A stretch of DNA of 64,000 nt, from assembly GCA_020635515.1 (NCBI GenBank), contig JACJZS010000002.1, positions 1,162,273 through 1,226,272 of the forward strand, given 5' to 3'. Positions 48,037 to 58,532 of this stretch are shown in pieces (position 1 is the first letter of the stretch; each line of letters begins with the position of its first letter). Source of the stretch: Flavobacteriales bacterium. Lineage in GTDB: Bacteria; Bacteroidota; Bacteroidia; Flavobacteriales; Weeksellaceae. Below the pieces are notes generated by a model, which did not search any database, was not told where the DNA came from, and saw nothing but the letters and a program-made list of their open reading frames with translations. Both the position numbers and the translations under genes were made by a program.

Positions 48037-49221
48037 ATGTTTTCACTATTAGATTACTCGGAACTGCAACATTATTGGTGGATAATTGTTTCTCTATTGG
48101 GAGCTTTATTGGTATTTTTACTTTTTGTTCAAGGAGGACAATCTCTTATTTATTCTTTGGCAAAGACAAAAGAAGATCAAGCTCTTTTATTGAATGCAAC
48201 AGGCAGGAAATGGGAATTAACTTTCACGACTTTAGTAACGTTTGGAGGAGCTTTTTTCGCTTCATTTCCACTTTTTTATTCTACTAGTTTTGGAGGAGCA
48301 TATTGGGTTTGGATGATGATTTTATTTGCTTTTGTAATACAAGCTATTTCGTATGAATACCGAAGCAAAGCAAATAATTTTTTAGGAATTAAAACATTTA
48401 ATTTCTTTTTGTTTTTGAATGGTGTTTTAGGAACTATTTTACTTGGAGTTGCTGTTTCTACATTTTTTACAGGATCAGAATTTTCTGTGGATAAAAATAA
48501 TTTAGTAAACTTATCTTTACCTAAAATGCCTGTAATTTCTTCTTGGGAAACGCCTTTTCATGGATTAGAAGCTCTTTGGACAATAAAGAATTTATCTTTT
48601 ATACAGAATATTTCATTAGGTTTGGCTGTGTTTTTTTTAGCTAGAACATTAGGATTGCTTTATTTTCAGAAGATAATTAATGATGAAATCATTCAGAAAC
48701 GAGCAAAAAAATCATTAATACTAAACAGTTTATTGTTTTTAGTTTTTTTCTTATTTTGGATAATTAGATTGATGTTTCTAGATGGATTTGCGGTAAATCC
48801 TATAAATCAAGAAATTTATATGCAACCACATAAGTACTTTTTGAACTTTTTAGAGATGCCTTTAGTTAGTATGTTATTTCTAGTAGGAATTGTTTTGGTT
48901 TTAATTGGTATAGGAATAAATGTTTTCAACAACAATAAAAATGGGATTTGGTATACAGGATTAGGAACAGTACTTACTGTTTGGATGTTGTTTCTAAATG
49001 TAGGATTTAACAATACTGCATACTATCCGAGTACATATAATATTCAAAATTCTTTAACGATTGGCAATAGCTCTTCTAGTGAATTTACGTTACTAACTAT
49101 GAGTTATGTTTCGTTATTGGTGCCTTTTGTAGTTGCTTATATCTGGATTGTCTGGAAAAAAATAGATTCTAAATCCATTACTAGAGAAGAATTAACATCT
49201 ACTGAATCTCACATCTACTAA
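48037..49221 (+). CDS. cydB: Cytochrome bd ubiquinol oxidase subunit II
   Basis: 394-aa polytopic membrane protein, 12 bp after cydA. The CydB N-terminus (LQHYWWIIVSLLG...) is recognisable. Confidence 0.85.
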   Translation: MFSLLDYSELQHYWWIIVSLLGALLVFLLFVQGGQSLIYSLAKTKEDQALLLNATGRKWELTFTTLVTFGGAFFASFPLFYSTSFGGAYWVWMMILFAFVIQAISYEYRSKANNFLGIKTFNFFLFLNGVLGTILLGVAVSTFFTGSEFSVDKNNLVNLSLPKMPVISSWETPFHGLEALWTIKNLSFIQNISLGLAVFFLARTLGLLYFQKIINDEIIQKRAKKSLILNSLLFLVFFLFWIIRLMFLDGFAVNPINQEIYMQPHKYFLNFLEMPLVSMLFLVGIVLVLIGIGINVFNNNKNGIWYTGLGTVLTVWMLFLNVGFNNTAYYPSTYNIQNSLTIGNSSSSEFTLLTMSYVSLLVPFVVAYIWIVWKKIDSKSITREELTSTESHIY

Positions 49222-49233
49222 ATAAAAATAAAA

Positions 49234-49353
49234 ATGGAATATTTAAAAGAGATATCACAGTTTATAGGTTGGCCAATAATGATTTATGTTATGTATCGTT
49301 TATCTTTTTGGTTGTTTAAAAAACTAAATGATAAGGACTTTCTAAATGATTAA
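49234..49353 (+). CDS. Candidate CydX/CydS-like single-TM small protein (39 aa); not in the ORF track
   Basis: MEYLKEISQFIGWPIMIYVMYRLSFWLFKKLNDKDFLND. It has one TM helix and starts 12 bp after the cydB stop, which is the position, size and topology of bd-oxidase small subunits. Confidence 0.3.
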   Translation: MEYLKEISQFIGWPIMIYVMYRLSFWLFKKLNDKDFLND

Positions 49354-49422
49354 TACCTTCAAGTATTTATGTTTTTTTTATTAAATTTGAAAATGCTTAA
49401 ATCTAGATAACTAACTTATTTT

Positions 49423-50013
49423 ATGATAAATAAGAAGATAGAATTTCTACCAAATGAACGATTAAAAAAGGTTTCTCTAGAAGGGAAAAACAGCTATAAT
49501 TACGCTATTTCAGATTATGGTAGAATGATTCGTTATCAGAATGATATGTCAAAAGATGGAGAATTCTTGAAAGGTGGACTCACTTCAGGTTATCCTTCAT
49601 TTCATTATAAACATAACAATAAAAGTTATTGCATTTATTTTCATAAACTTGTTGCTCAATGTTTTTTAGGGAAAAATTCAAATGAGCAAGACATGGTACT
49701 TCATTTAGATTACGATAAAACGAACAATCATTATTCTAATTTAAAGTGGTGTACAAAGCAAGAATCGTTAGAACATCAACGAAAAAATGCTAAATACGTA
49801 GTTGGAAATTCAAATCCTAAAAAAGGTGCCAAATTAGATGCAAAAAAAGTAATTAGTATTAAAAAAAAGTTACTCAAGCTGGAAAAAACTACCAATAAAG
49901 TACAGAGAAAGATGTTAATACAAAATCTCACAAAATACTACAAAATAAGCAAAGTGCAACTTTATAGGATTAAAAACGGACAAAGCTGGAAACATATCCA
50001 AGTGGAGGATTAA
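49423..50013 (+). CDS. Free-standing HNH endonuclease with NUMOD4-like N-terminal motif (phage/homing-endonuclease-like)
   Basis: The N-terminus is NUMOD4-like (NERLKKVSLEGKNSYNYAISDYGRM). The core HKLVAQCFLGKNSNEQDMVLHLDYDKTNNHYSNLKWCTKQE is an HNH_3 His-Asn-His core. The basic C-terminal tail suggests DNA binding. The gene sits between cydB and an ABC ATPase gene. Confidence 0.65.
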   Translation: MINKKIEFLPNERLKKVSLEGKNSYNYAISDYGRMIRYQNDMSKDGEFLKGGLTSGYPSFHYKHNNKSYCIYFHKLVAQCFLGKNSNEQDMVLHLDYDKTNNHYSNLKWCTKQESLEHQRKNAKYVVGNSNPKKGAKLDAKKVISIKKKLLKLEKTTNKVQRKMLIQNLTKYYKISKVQLYRIKNGQSWKHIQVED

Positions 50014-50023
50014 CTCAATTATT

Positions 50024-50683
50024 TTAGATGATATTCCCGTCTTTCATGGTTAGAATTCTATCGGACATTTTTGCAAGTTCATGGTTATGAGTAACAATTA
50101 TAAATGTTTGATTAAATTCTTCTCGCAACTTAAAAAATAGTTGATGCAGTTCTTCTGCGTTTTTAGAATCAAGATTTCCAGAAGGTTCATCGGCGAAAAT
50201 AACTTTTGGTTGGTTAATAAGAGCTCTAGCAACTGCCACACGTTGTTGTTCTCCTCCTGAAAGTTCCGAAGGCTTATGATTGATTCTATGCGATAAATTC
50301 AAGAAGTCTAAAAGCTCTTTGGCTTTGTTTGTAAGCTCTTTTTTTTGCCTTTTTGCAATCATTCCAGGAAGCATTACGTTTTCTAATGCAGTAAATTCAG
50401 GAAGTAATTGATGAAATTGGAAAATAAAACCAATATTTTTATTTCTAAATTCCGAAAGTTCTTTGTCTTTTAGTGAAAGAATTTCGTTGGAATCAAAAAG
50501 AAGTTTAGTTTTGGAATCTTTATTTGGCTTGTCTAACGTTCCTAAAATTTGTAGCAATGTTGATTTTCCTGCACCTGATTCGCCTACTATAGAAACGATT
50601 TCTCCTTGTTTAAAGGAAACATCAATTCCTTTTAGAACTTCTACCAATCCGTAGTTTTTATAAATGTTTTTTGCTTGAATCAT
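50024..50683 (-). CDS. ABC transporter ATP-binding protein (LolD/FtsE-like)
   Basis: Walker [10 protein letters not shown], the signature LSGGEQQRV and Walker B IFADEP. 219 aa. Confidence 0.85.
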   Translation of the reverse strand: MIQAKNIYKNYGLVEVLKGIDVSFKQGEIVSIVGESGAGKSTLLQILGTLDKPNKDSKTKLLFDSNEILSLKDKELSEFRNKNIGFIFQFHQLLPEFTALENVMLPGMIAKRQKKELTNKAKELLDFLNLSHRINHKPSELSGGEQQRVAVARALINQPKVIFADEPSGNLDSKNAEELHQLFFKLREEFNQTFIIVTHNHELAKMSDRILTMKDGNII

Positions 50684-50704
50684 AATGCGAAAAAGACATT
50701 AATC

Positions 50705-51307
50705 TTACTTCTTGTAAAGCACAGGATTTAATTCCTCGTCGTTGTACATTTTCATTTGTTTGTATGATTTCATGTACTTGTTTCCTTGCTCTAAATCTTC
50801 TAAAAGTTCCTCTATTGCAGTAGATAAATCGTTGTGTTGCGTTTCTAGAATAAAAAGTTTTTCTTTACATTTTTTTATATGACTTTCAGATGCATTTTCG
50901 CGAGTAGTTTCTTCTTTCATGTGGTATATTTTTAATGAAAGAATAGAAAGTCTATCGATTGCCCAAGCAGGAGATTCGGTATTAATTTTTGCGTTTTCTT
51001 TTACGTTTACCTCTTTAAATTGATTCTGAAAATAATCATCAAACAGTTCTACAACGTCGGTTCTTTCTTGATTGGAGTTATCAATCCAACGTTTTATTTC
51101 TAATGCTTTTTCTGGATTGATGTTCGGGTCTCTTATAATGTCTTCTAAATGCCATTGAACGGTATCAATCCAATTTTTTTTATACAGAACAGCTTCTATG
51201 GATTCCTCGTTGTAAGGATTATTGATTTTGGTGTTTACGTCGTCGATTTTGTGATAATCGTTTATACTTTCGTTGAATATTTTCCAAGCAAGTTCTGTAA
51301 ATTTCAT
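50705..51307 (-). CDS. DUF4254-like conserved Bacteroidetes protein
   Basis: 200-aa soluble helical protein. The family call is by recall only. Confidence 0.4.
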   Translation of the reverse strand: MKFTELAWKIFNESINDYHKIDDVNTKINNPYNEESIEAVLYKKNWIDTVQWHLEDIIRDPNINPEKALEIKRWIDNSNQERTDVVELFDDYFQNQFKEVNVKENAKINTESPAWAIDRLSILSLKIYHMKEETTRENASESHIKKCKEKLFILETQHNDLSTAIEELLEDLEQGNKYMKSYKQMKMYNDEELNPVLYKK

Positions 51308-52284
51308 TATGGTATATTTTTTAGCGTTAGAAAGATGTTTTCTGATTCCAGTATGTATTCTCTTTTCTTTTTGCTTTGAGCAAGTGCAACAATAGAAGAA
51401 GTTCCTATAGTAATGGTGTTTTTTACTTTATCAAGGATTATTTTAGCAACCAAAGGACCTCCGAGTTGTTCGTTTTGCATCGACCAATTTCCTTGAATTA
51501 AGTATTCTTCTGTTTGTTTTGAATCAAGTGTTTTTGTAATATATACAGGTAGATTTCTTTCTATTTCTGCGTGATTTTCTTTTTTAGCACCTTTTATTTT
51601 CTGCAACGTATATGCATCAATTAAGTGAAGTGCAATCGTGTCATTTATTTGTTTGGCTTGATTTGGAACCTTAGTAAAAATTAGGTTTACAAAATCCCAA
51701 CCTTTATTGACATTTCGTTTATCTTTTCTAAACCAAATTAAATCATCTTTCTGTTCTACAACGACAAATGAGTCAGGAATGTTTGCCGAAATTCCTATTT
51801 TTTCTATTTTCTTTTTGTTGTTGGTTGCTTTTGTTCTAGAGCGAATAAAGTCGAGGTCGGTTTTTACAAATTCGTTGTAAATGGAATCTCTATACTGATT
51901 GATGACTGCTGTTTGTTCATTTTGATTTTCCCCAAAAACCTCTATGTATGCTTGATGTCTTGCATTTTTATCTTCTTCGAATTTGATGTTTGGTTTTCCT
52001 TTAGAAAGTTTTAGAACAAGCCGAGTTTGTGGGAATTTTTTAAAATCGTTTGGCGTAAAATTTCTTATTGCAAAACGAGATTCAGGTACTGTCATTCCTT
52101 TGAGAGTAGTTCCTAGTACTGCAGTATCTTTTAAAAAATGAACAATATTTTTATACTCGGTAGTATCAGCAACAACCGTAATGGTGTTTGTAGGGCCTTT
52201 GGAATCGCTGTATTTTTCAGAACTATTCTTTTTGCAGGAAAAAATAAAAAGAGAAAGTATGAAAGTAACTGCAAAAATTCTCAT
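51307..52284 (-). CDS. Lipoprotein, hypothetical (DUF4837-like)
   Basis: Signal peptide with a lipobox (FIFSC). 325 aa. Follows tatA directly. Confidence 0.45.
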   Translation of the reverse strand: MRIFAVTFILSLFIFSCKKNSSEKYSDSKGPTNTITVVADTTEYKNIVHFLKDTAVLGTTLKGMTVPESRFAIRNFTPNDFKKFPQTRLVLKLSKGKPNIKFEEDKNARHQAYIEVFGENQNEQTAVINQYRDSIYNEFVKTDLDFIRSRTKATNNKKKIEKIGISANIPDSFVVVEQKDDLIWFRKDKRNVNKGWDFVNLIFTKVPNQAKQINDTIALHLIDAYTLQKIKGAKKENHAEIERNLPVYITKTLDSKQTEEYLIQGNWSMQNEQLGGPLVAKIILDKVKNTITIGTSSIVALAQSKKKREYILESENIFLTLKNIP

Positions 52285-52286
52285 AA

Positions 52287-52463
52287 TTATTCCTTGTTTT
52301 CTTTGTTTCCCTTTGAATCTTCTTCGTCTTCTTTGGTTGCTTTCTTGAATTCTTTGATTCCATTTCCAAGACCTTTCATAAGCTCTGGAATTTTTCTTCC
52401 TCCAAATAAAATTAATACAACAACAACGATTGCAATGATTGTACCTGTGCTAAAATGTCCCAT
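52287..52463 (-). CDS. tatA: Twin-arginine translocase subunit TatA/E (58 aa); not in the ORF track
   Basis: Hand translation of the minus strand gives [58 protein letters not shown]. This is the canonical TatA TM helix, hinge and amphipathic helix (FGxxKLPELxxxLGxxxKxFKKA). The stop abuts the ATG of the downstream lipoprotein gene. Confidence 0.8.
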   Translation of the reverse strand: MGHFSTGTIIAIVVVVLILFGGRKIPELMKGLGNGIKEFKKATKEDEEDSKGNKENKE

Positions 52464-52504
52464 TTTTTTGTATTTATCTTTTACAAAGATACGTAATTAA
52501 ATGT

Positions 52505-53878
52505 TTATTGCTGTAAGATATTTTCTTCCTTTTTTATAAATGTTGGGTCGTTTAACCAATTAATTGTAAAGGAACAATCTTTATAATCATCAGTTATAGA
52601 AATGAAAGTACCTTGTATTTGTTCTACAATCCAATCTTCGAGTATTTTGTTCTCCTTTTGGTTTTCTGCTATTTTTTTGATTTTTGCATAATCTTTATTC
52701 AACGAAAGTTGATGTTCGGGGATTATTTGGTTTAAGCGAAGTAATCGAATTGCTTTTTTATCGTTAAAAGTATCTTCAAACACACCAGACATTTCATTTT
52801 CTTTTAAACCAGAAATATGGATAAGTTCCTTAGAAGATAAGTCTAACTTTTCGGTTCTATTTTCGCCTGTATTTTGATCTACAATATCTCCTGAGTTATA
52901 ACGAGTGTATTTGTCATCAGAAAACTTTAAGGCAGCTTCTTTAAACGTGATTTTATTGTCTTTTATAAGATTCCGAATGGAGTCGAGCTTTTGTTTTGTT
53001 TTCGAAATTTCCTCGCTGTTGGGAACGGTTTTGATTAAAATATGCCTTAAATCTAGAATTTGACCTCGCCTTTTTTCCAACTTTATAATGTGGTATCCAA
53101 ATTCTGTTTCAAAAGGACTGGAGATTTCGCCTTCCTTTAAATTGAAAGCAACGGCATCGAACTCTTTTACCATTTTTCCTCTTTTCACATTTTGGTATAA
53201 ACCACCTTTAGATGCACTTCCTGGATCTTCAGAATAAATAATTGCTTTGTTTTCGAAAGTAGAAATACCATCTTCTACATCTTTTTTCATAGCATTTAGT
53301 TTATCTATGACTTTTTGTTTTGATTCCTTTGTTAGCTCAGGATACATTACAATATGAGAAAGACTTACTTCTTCTTTTACATTAGGAAGTTTGTCTTTGT
53401 ATTTTTCAAAGAATTCTTGGAGTTCGTATGGAGAAACATCAACATCTTTTGTGATTGACATTCTTTTTTGGCGAGAATATTCATTGTTTTCAACTTCTCT
53501 TTGCATTTGTTCTTTTAAGTCTTTCATTGATGCTACACCAAAACCTTCGAGTAGTACTTTTTCTGAACCAGCACGAGCAATGTATTGTTCTAATTGCATA
53601 TCAACTTGTTTTTCTACATCTTCTGGGGAAATTTGAATCAAAGTATCTTGTTTTGCTTGATAAAGCAATACTTTATTCATAAGTATATTTTCTAGAACTT
53701 GGCATTTATCGGTATCATCAAAACCTTGAGCTTTGCTGTATTGCATTAATTCTGCTATATCTGAATCTAGTACTATTTCATCTCCTACCACAGCAACAAT
53801 TCCGTCTATTTGTTTTTGCTGAGCATAATTTATTAGAGAAAGTGTAAGTGTAAAAAGGTATAATGTTTTTTTTATCAT
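52505..53878 (-). CDS. Peptidyl-prolyl cis-trans isomerase, SurA-like (SurA_N + PpiC parvulin domain)
   Basis: Signal peptide, a SurA N-terminal chaperone domain and a parvulin domain (SKGGLYQNVKRGKMVKEFDAVAFNLKEGEISSPFETEFGYHIIKL). Confidence 0.75.
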   Translation of the reverse strand: MIKKTLYLFTLTLSLINYAQQKQIDGIVAVVGDEIVLDSDIAELMQYSKAQGFDDTDKCQVLENILMNKVLLYQAKQDTLIQISPEDVEKQVDMQLEQYIARAGSEKVLLEGFGVASMKDLKEQMQREVENNEYSRQKRMSITKDVDVSPYELQEFFEKYKDKLPNVKEEVSLSHIVMYPELTKESKQKVIDKLNAMKKDVEDGISTFENKAIIYSEDPGSASKGGLYQNVKRGKMVKEFDAVAFNLKEGEISSPFETEFGYHIIKLEKRRGQILDLRHILIKTVPNSEEISKTKQKLDSIRNLIKDNKITFKEAALKFSDDKYTRYNSGDIVDQNTGENRTEKLDLSSKELIHISGLKENEMSGVFEDTFNDKKAIRLLRLNQIIPEHQLSLNKDYAKIKKIAENQKENKILEDWIVEQIQGTFISITDDYKDCSFTINWLNDPTFIKKEENILQQ

Positions 53879-53889
53879 GATCGCTTTGT

Positions 53890-55746
53890 TTAAAGTTTAT
53901 ATCGTTTTTTTAATGTATTTATTGCTTCTTGGTTTATATCTATTTTTGCTTCTCGCTTAATTTCATAGATTTTCTTTTGAACGAGTTTTGATTTTAAATC
54001 AGGTAAGAAATCATCTTTAGCTTCTTGGAATGTTTTGCTTCTTGCTTCGTCTATAGAGTATACTTGTACAACTATGAATTTTTTATCATTTTTTAATTTT
54101 TGAATTCCTTTTTTTAGTTCAAATTCCTTAGGTAATTCTTTGCTGTTCTTTGAGAATTTTCCAGAAATAATAAAGACATTTAATTCGTTATTTTCGTTTT
54201 TAGAATTTTGAAATTTTGCTTTAATTTCTTCTTTGGAAGTATTTTTTTCTAATAGATTATAAATCTCATTAGCTATTTTTTCGCTTTCACAGTTGTATAT
54301 AGTTGCATTTGCGTGCTCTGGAAGAATGTATTTTTCTTTATGTTTTCTGTAGAATTCGTGTTGTGCTTTTTCGTTATCTAATTCTTCTTTAATGATAACA
54401 TCAAAAAAGTATTCCAATGCGATTGCATTTTTAACATCTTTGGAATAGTTAATTACGTGAGGCATTTGGTCAAAATTTCCATTGTAATATTTAATTATTT
54501 CATCGTTTAGATAGTTGGAAATTATATTTTTAGCAAAAGGTACTAAATTATTGTAACTGGGATTTATATCTATACTTTTAGATAGTGAATCACAGATTTT
54601 ATGCATAGGTACAACATACTTGTTTATAGAAAATAGATCTTTGTTTTTAATTTCAGAAAGCATTTTCTTGTCAGAATTTTTAACTGCTAAAAGAGTAGAG
54701 TCGATGGCATTTTGATTTAATTTAAAAGGAAGTTTCTCAGTTACTACTTGTTTTATTGAGTTGTTGAGTCTGTTTGAATAATACGAAGTTTCTAATCTTT
54801 CTTTGATGTATTTTCTATCTTTAGCATCTCCTTTTTTAGGTTTGTACACATTATCTACTTTAAATATATGGTACTTATCTCCAATTAATACAGGAATACT
54901 CACTTGATTAACGTTTAGATTAACTAGCACGTCGTATACATTTTCGGAAACAGCATTTGTAATGGAAGGAAGTATTCCATTTGATTTTTTTGATTCCTCA
55001 TCATCAGAATATTTTTCTACTGCTTTAGCAAAATCAAGACCTTCGTCTATTTCTGTTTTTATCTTCTTTGCTTTTTCTAGGTTATCTGCTCCATTTACCA
55101 CAATTTGACTAAGGAATAATTCTCCTAAAGCTTTTCTTTCATCTATAATGTGAAATAAAAATAAATGATTATTTTCTTCATATAAGCTACTAATGGTGTT
55201 TATAGGTGTTTGGAATAAGGTGTTTTCTGCAGGAGAGTTAAATTCAAAATAGGCGTAGTACTGCGGTTTGTTTTTGTATTCGGAATATTTTTCTACTGCA
55301 TCATTAAAGGAGATTTTTTCAGAAGTTATTTCGTCTTTTATATTTTGTAGTTCTTTTATTTTTTGTTTTCTTTCTTCTGCATTATTATAAGAAAGGAAAA
55401 TATACTGAGCTTTTCTTTCTATTTTGCTTCGTTCTAATTGTTGATTTATAATTGGGTTAATGACTTCAGGAGGATATTGTAGCGAGTCTTTTAGTTTGAG
55501 GAGTTGATTGCTGTATTTTACATGAAAAAAAGTATTGTTTTCCATTCCTTTTTTTCTAGCATATTGTCCAATTAGTTGAGATTCTATGAAGTAATCTAAA
55601 GATTTATTGATTCCTTGTATTTCTAGGTTTTTTTTATACTTATTCTCAAATTCTTGTAGAGAAAATGATTCTCCATTTATAGTTACGATATTTTGTCCAA
55701 AAACATTACAAACAACAAGTAATAGGATAATATAAAAATGTTTCAT
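53890..55746 (-). CDS. Peptidyl-prolyl cis-trans isomerase, second SurA/PpiD-like paralogue (618 aa)
   Basis: Signal peptide and a parvulin-like domain (SNGILPSI...GDKYHIFKV). This tandem arrangement with the preceding PPIase is common in Flavobacteriia. Confidence 0.55.
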   Translation of the reverse strand: MKHFYIILLLVVCNVFGQNIVTINGESFSLQEFENKYKKNLEIQGINKSLDYFIESQLIGQYARKKGMENNTFFHVKYSNQLLKLKDSLQYPPEVINPIINQQLERSKIERKAQYIFLSYNNAEERKQKIKELQNIKDEITSEKISFNDAVEKYSEYKNKPQYYAYFEFNSPAENTLFQTPINTISSLYEENNHLFLFHIIDERKALGELFLSQIVVNGADNLEKAKKIKTEIDEGLDFAKAVEKYSDDEESKKSNGILPSITNAVSENVYDVLVNLNVNQVSIPVLIGDKYHIFKVDNVYKPKKGDAKDRKYIKERLETSYYSNRLNNSIKQVVTEKLPFKLNQNAIDSTLLAVKNSDKKMLSEIKNKDLFSINKYVVPMHKICDSLSKSIDINPSYNNLVPFAKNIISNYLNDEIIKYYNGNFDQMPHVINYSKDVKNAIALEYFFDVIIKEELDNEKAQHEFYRKHKEKYILPEHANATIYNCESEKIANEIYNLLEKNTSKEEIKAKFQNSKNENNELNVFIISGKFSKNSKELPKEFELKKGIQKLKNDKKFIVVQVYSIDEARSKTFQEAKDDFLPDLKSKLVQKKIYEIKREAKIDINQEAINTLKKRYKL

Positions 55747-55754
55747 AGTTTTTC

Positions 55755-57008
55755 TTAATTGTTTTGTATGGTTATACGTACTTCTTCTATTTTTGTATTT
55801 GAAACCTTTTCTATAGAGAATTTTATATTGTTTAATATGAAGTTTTCGCCTATTTGTGGAATGTCTTCAAGATGAGAAACGATAAAGCCTCCGAGAGTTT
55901 CATAATTATCTGAAGTTTCTATTTTTAATCCATATTCTTGATTGATGTAATCGATTTCTAGGCGAGCAGAAAAAAGATATTCGTTTTTAGTGATTTTTTG
56001 TTCGGTTAGCTGAGGTTTGTCGTGCTCATCTTCTATTTCGCCAAAAAGCTCTTCCACTATATCTTCAAGAGTTACCATTCCTGCAGTTCCTCCATATTCA
56101 TCGATAACAATGGCAATACTTCTTCTTTTTTTGATAAGTACATTCATTATATTTTTCACAGACGCCGTTTCATGAACAAATTCCACTGGCATAAGTACAT
56201 TTTTAATGTATTTAGGTTTTTTGAACATATCAAAAGCATGCACATAACCGATGATATTATCGATATTTTCTTTGTAAATCAGTATTTTACTAAATCCTGC
56301 ATCTATAAATTTTTGTTTGACAGAATTTATGGAATCATTGAGTTCAAAACCTATAATTTCCTTTCTAGGAATCATGCAATCTCTAGCTCTTACATCGGAA
56401 AAATGTAAGGCATTTTTAAAAATTTGAACTTCTGAATCTACTTTTTCTTCGTCAGCTTCTTCCATCTTTTGACTTATGAAATAGCTCATTTCTTCTTTAA
56501 ACTCAAGATTTTCCTCTTCTTCGTGTCCTTTTTTTAGAAGTTTTAGTATGAATTCAGAAAATCCATTGACGATAAATACCAAAGGAGAGAGAATGATGTA
56601 AAAGAAATAAGCAGGAGCTGTAAAAAATTTAAAATAACGATACGGATTTGTACTAAATAAAGCTTTTGGAAGATATTCGGCAGTTACTAAGATTATAAAA
56701 GTAGAGATGAATGTTTGAATTAATAATAGAGCGAACTGATTAATATCTATAAGAGCGGTAATCCACTGAGTGAGTATTTTTCCCGTATAATAACTATATA
56801 CAACTAGAGCGACGGTATTCCCAATTAGAAGTGAGGTTATAAATCTTTTGGGTCTATCGCAAAGAAAAATAAAGAGTTTAGAAAAATAGTTTTTCTTTTT
56901 CCGTTCGAGTTCAATCTGCATTCTTCCCGTAGAGACAAACGCTATTTCGGTTCCAGAGAAGAATGCAGATAAGATGATTGAAAGTGCTATTATAAAAAAT
57001 TCAAACAT
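55755..57008 (-). CDS. Hemolysin-family protein (DUF21 TM domain + CBS pair + CorC/HlyC), GldE-like
   Basis: An N-terminal four-TM DUF21 region, a CBS pair and a C-terminal CorC_HlyC transporter-associated domain. GldE of gliding bacteria has this architecture, but an orthology call needs synteny with gldD. Confidence 0.75.
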   Translation of the reverse strand: MFEFFIIALSIILSAFFSGTEIAFVSTGRMQIELERKKKNYFSKLFIFLCDRPKRFITSLLIGNTVALVVYSYYTGKILTQWITALIDINQFALLLIQTFISTFIILVTAEYLPKALFSTNPYRYFKFFTAPAYFFYIILSPLVFIVNGFSEFILKLLKKGHEEEENLEFKEEMSYFISQKMEEADEEKVDSEVQIFKNALHFSDVRARDCMIPRKEIIGFELNDSINSVKQKFIDAGFSKILIYKENIDNIIGYVHAFDMFKKPKYIKNVLMPVEFVHETASVKNIMNVLIKKRRSIAIVIDEYGGTAGMVTLEDIVEELFGEIEDEHDKPQLTEQKITKNEYLFSARLEIDYINQEYGLKIETSDNYETLGGFIVSHLEDIPQIGENFILNNIKFSIEKVSNTKIEEVRITIQNN

Positions 57009-57083
57009 ATTGTTTTCTCGATTTCACAATACAGAAAGGCTTTATTTGCATCGAATAGGCATATAAATAGGTGTGGAAAAAGA

Positions 57084-58514
57084 TTAGATAGTTGTAATCC
57101 TTAATGTATTCGTTTTTCCGTTTTCATTTTCAGGCATTGCGTTTAGATTAATTACAAAATCTCCCCAATTTACCAATTTTTCATTTACGGTATTTAAATT
57201 AACGTCTATTACGGTTTCATCGGAGCTGTCTTTCGCTTCGTAGTAGAATGCTTTAACTCCCCACAGAAGGTTTAGCATAGGAATAATATCTCTGTTTTCG
57301 GTATAAACCACAATGTATGCATTAGGTCTATGAGATGATATTTGGAATGCTGTATATCCTGTGTGTGTAAGTGTTATGATTGCTGTTGCTTCTATTTGAG
57401 TAGCAATTTTGGTTGCGTTGTAGCAAATTATATCTGTTATGTATCTGTCGTTTAGGCAACTAGGTTTGTGTTCAGGTATGTTTATGTGCGGATCGTCTTC
57501 TACTTTTTGAATGATTTTAGTCATGGTTTTAATCACTTCGACAGGGTATTGTCCCACAGAAGTTTCTCCACTAAGCATCACTGCATCAGCACCGTCTAAT
57601 ACGCTGTTAGCAACATCATTTACTTCTGCTCTAGTAGGTGTCATGCTTGTAATCATGGTTTCCATCATTTGAGTAGCAATGATTACAGGTTTTCTTCTAA
57701 TTTTAGCTTTATCTACTAGTTTCTTTTGAATAAGAGGAACATCTTCGTAAGGAACTTCAACTCCTAAATCTCCTCTAGCAACCATCAATCCATCTGCGTA
57801 ATCTAATATTTCATCAATATTTTTAACACCTTCTGGTTTCTCGATTTTTGCAATGATAGGTATTTTTTTATTTGATTTTTCTTGTATAAGAGAAATTAGA
57901 GATTTTATATCGTCTGCATGCCTTACAAAAGATAATGCAATCCAATCTACACCTTGTTCTATAGCAAAAGTTGCATCTTCTATGTCTTTTTCAGTAAGTG
58001 CTGGCAAAGATACGTTTGTGTTGGGAAGGTTTACGCCTTTTTTTGATTTTAAAGGACCACCTTGTATTACTTTTGCTTTTACTTCTTTGTCGTTGTCTGT
58101 GCTTACTACTTCAAGCACTAATTTTCCATCGTCAATCAGAATTCTTTCGCCAACTTTTACATCGTTTGGGAAATTTTGGTAGGTCATGTATACTCTAGTA
58201 GAATCACCTTCGCATTTGTCATTGGTAAAAGTTAGTATATCTCCAGGTTCTAGTTTTGAACCTTCTTTTACAACACCAACTCTAAGTTTAGGACCTTGAA
58301 GGTCTGCAAGTATTGCAATTGCGAATCCATACTCTTCATTGATTTCGCGTACGTATTTAATTCTTTGTTTTACGTCTTCGTAGTCGGCATGGGAAAAATT
58401 AATACGGACAACATTCAATCCGCATTGTACCATTTTTAGGATTGTTTCTTTATCTCCACATGCAGGACCTAGTGTTCCTACGATTTTTGTCTTTTTTAGG
58501 TATTTGTTATTCAT
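57084..58514 (-). CDS. pyk: Pyruvate kinase
   Basis: 476 aa. TKIVGTLGPA at the N-terminus, and the regions MVARGDLG and K+/Mg-binding are conserved. Confidence 0.95.
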   Translation of the reverse strand: MNNKYLKKTKIVGTLGPACGDKETILKMVQCGLNVVRINFSHADYEDVKQRIKYVREINEEYGFAIAILADLQGPKLRVGVVKEGSKLEPGDILTFTNDKCEGDSTRVYMTYQNFPNDVKVGERILIDDGKLVLEVVSTDNDKEVKAKVIQGGPLKSKKGVNLPNTNVSLPALTEKDIEDATFAIEQGVDWIALSFVRHADDIKSLISLIQEKSNKKIPIIAKIEKPEGVKNIDEILDYADGLMVARGDLGVEVPYEDVPLIQKKLVDKAKIRRKPVIIATQMMETMITSMTPTRAEVNDVANSVLDGADAVMLSGETSVGQYPVEVIKTMTKIIQKVEDDPHINIPEHKPSCLNDRYITDIICYNATKIATQIEATAIITLTHTGYTAFQISSHRPNAYIVVYTENRDIIPMLNLLWGVKAFYYEAKDSSDETVIDVNLNTVNEKLVNWGDFVINLNAMPENENGKTNTLRITTI

Positions 58515-58532
58515 ACAATAGAATGATGTTTT

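Noticed and set aside
52138-52500. 120-aa plus-strand ORF
   Set aside because: It overlaps tatA and the lipoprotein gene on the opposite strand. The minus-strand reading gives a canonical TatA, so the plus ORF is spurious.
57853-58198. Two plus-strand ORFs (109 and 66 aa) inside pyk
   Set aside because: Antisense to pyruvate kinase. The Leu/Cys-rich low-complexity translations are artefacts.
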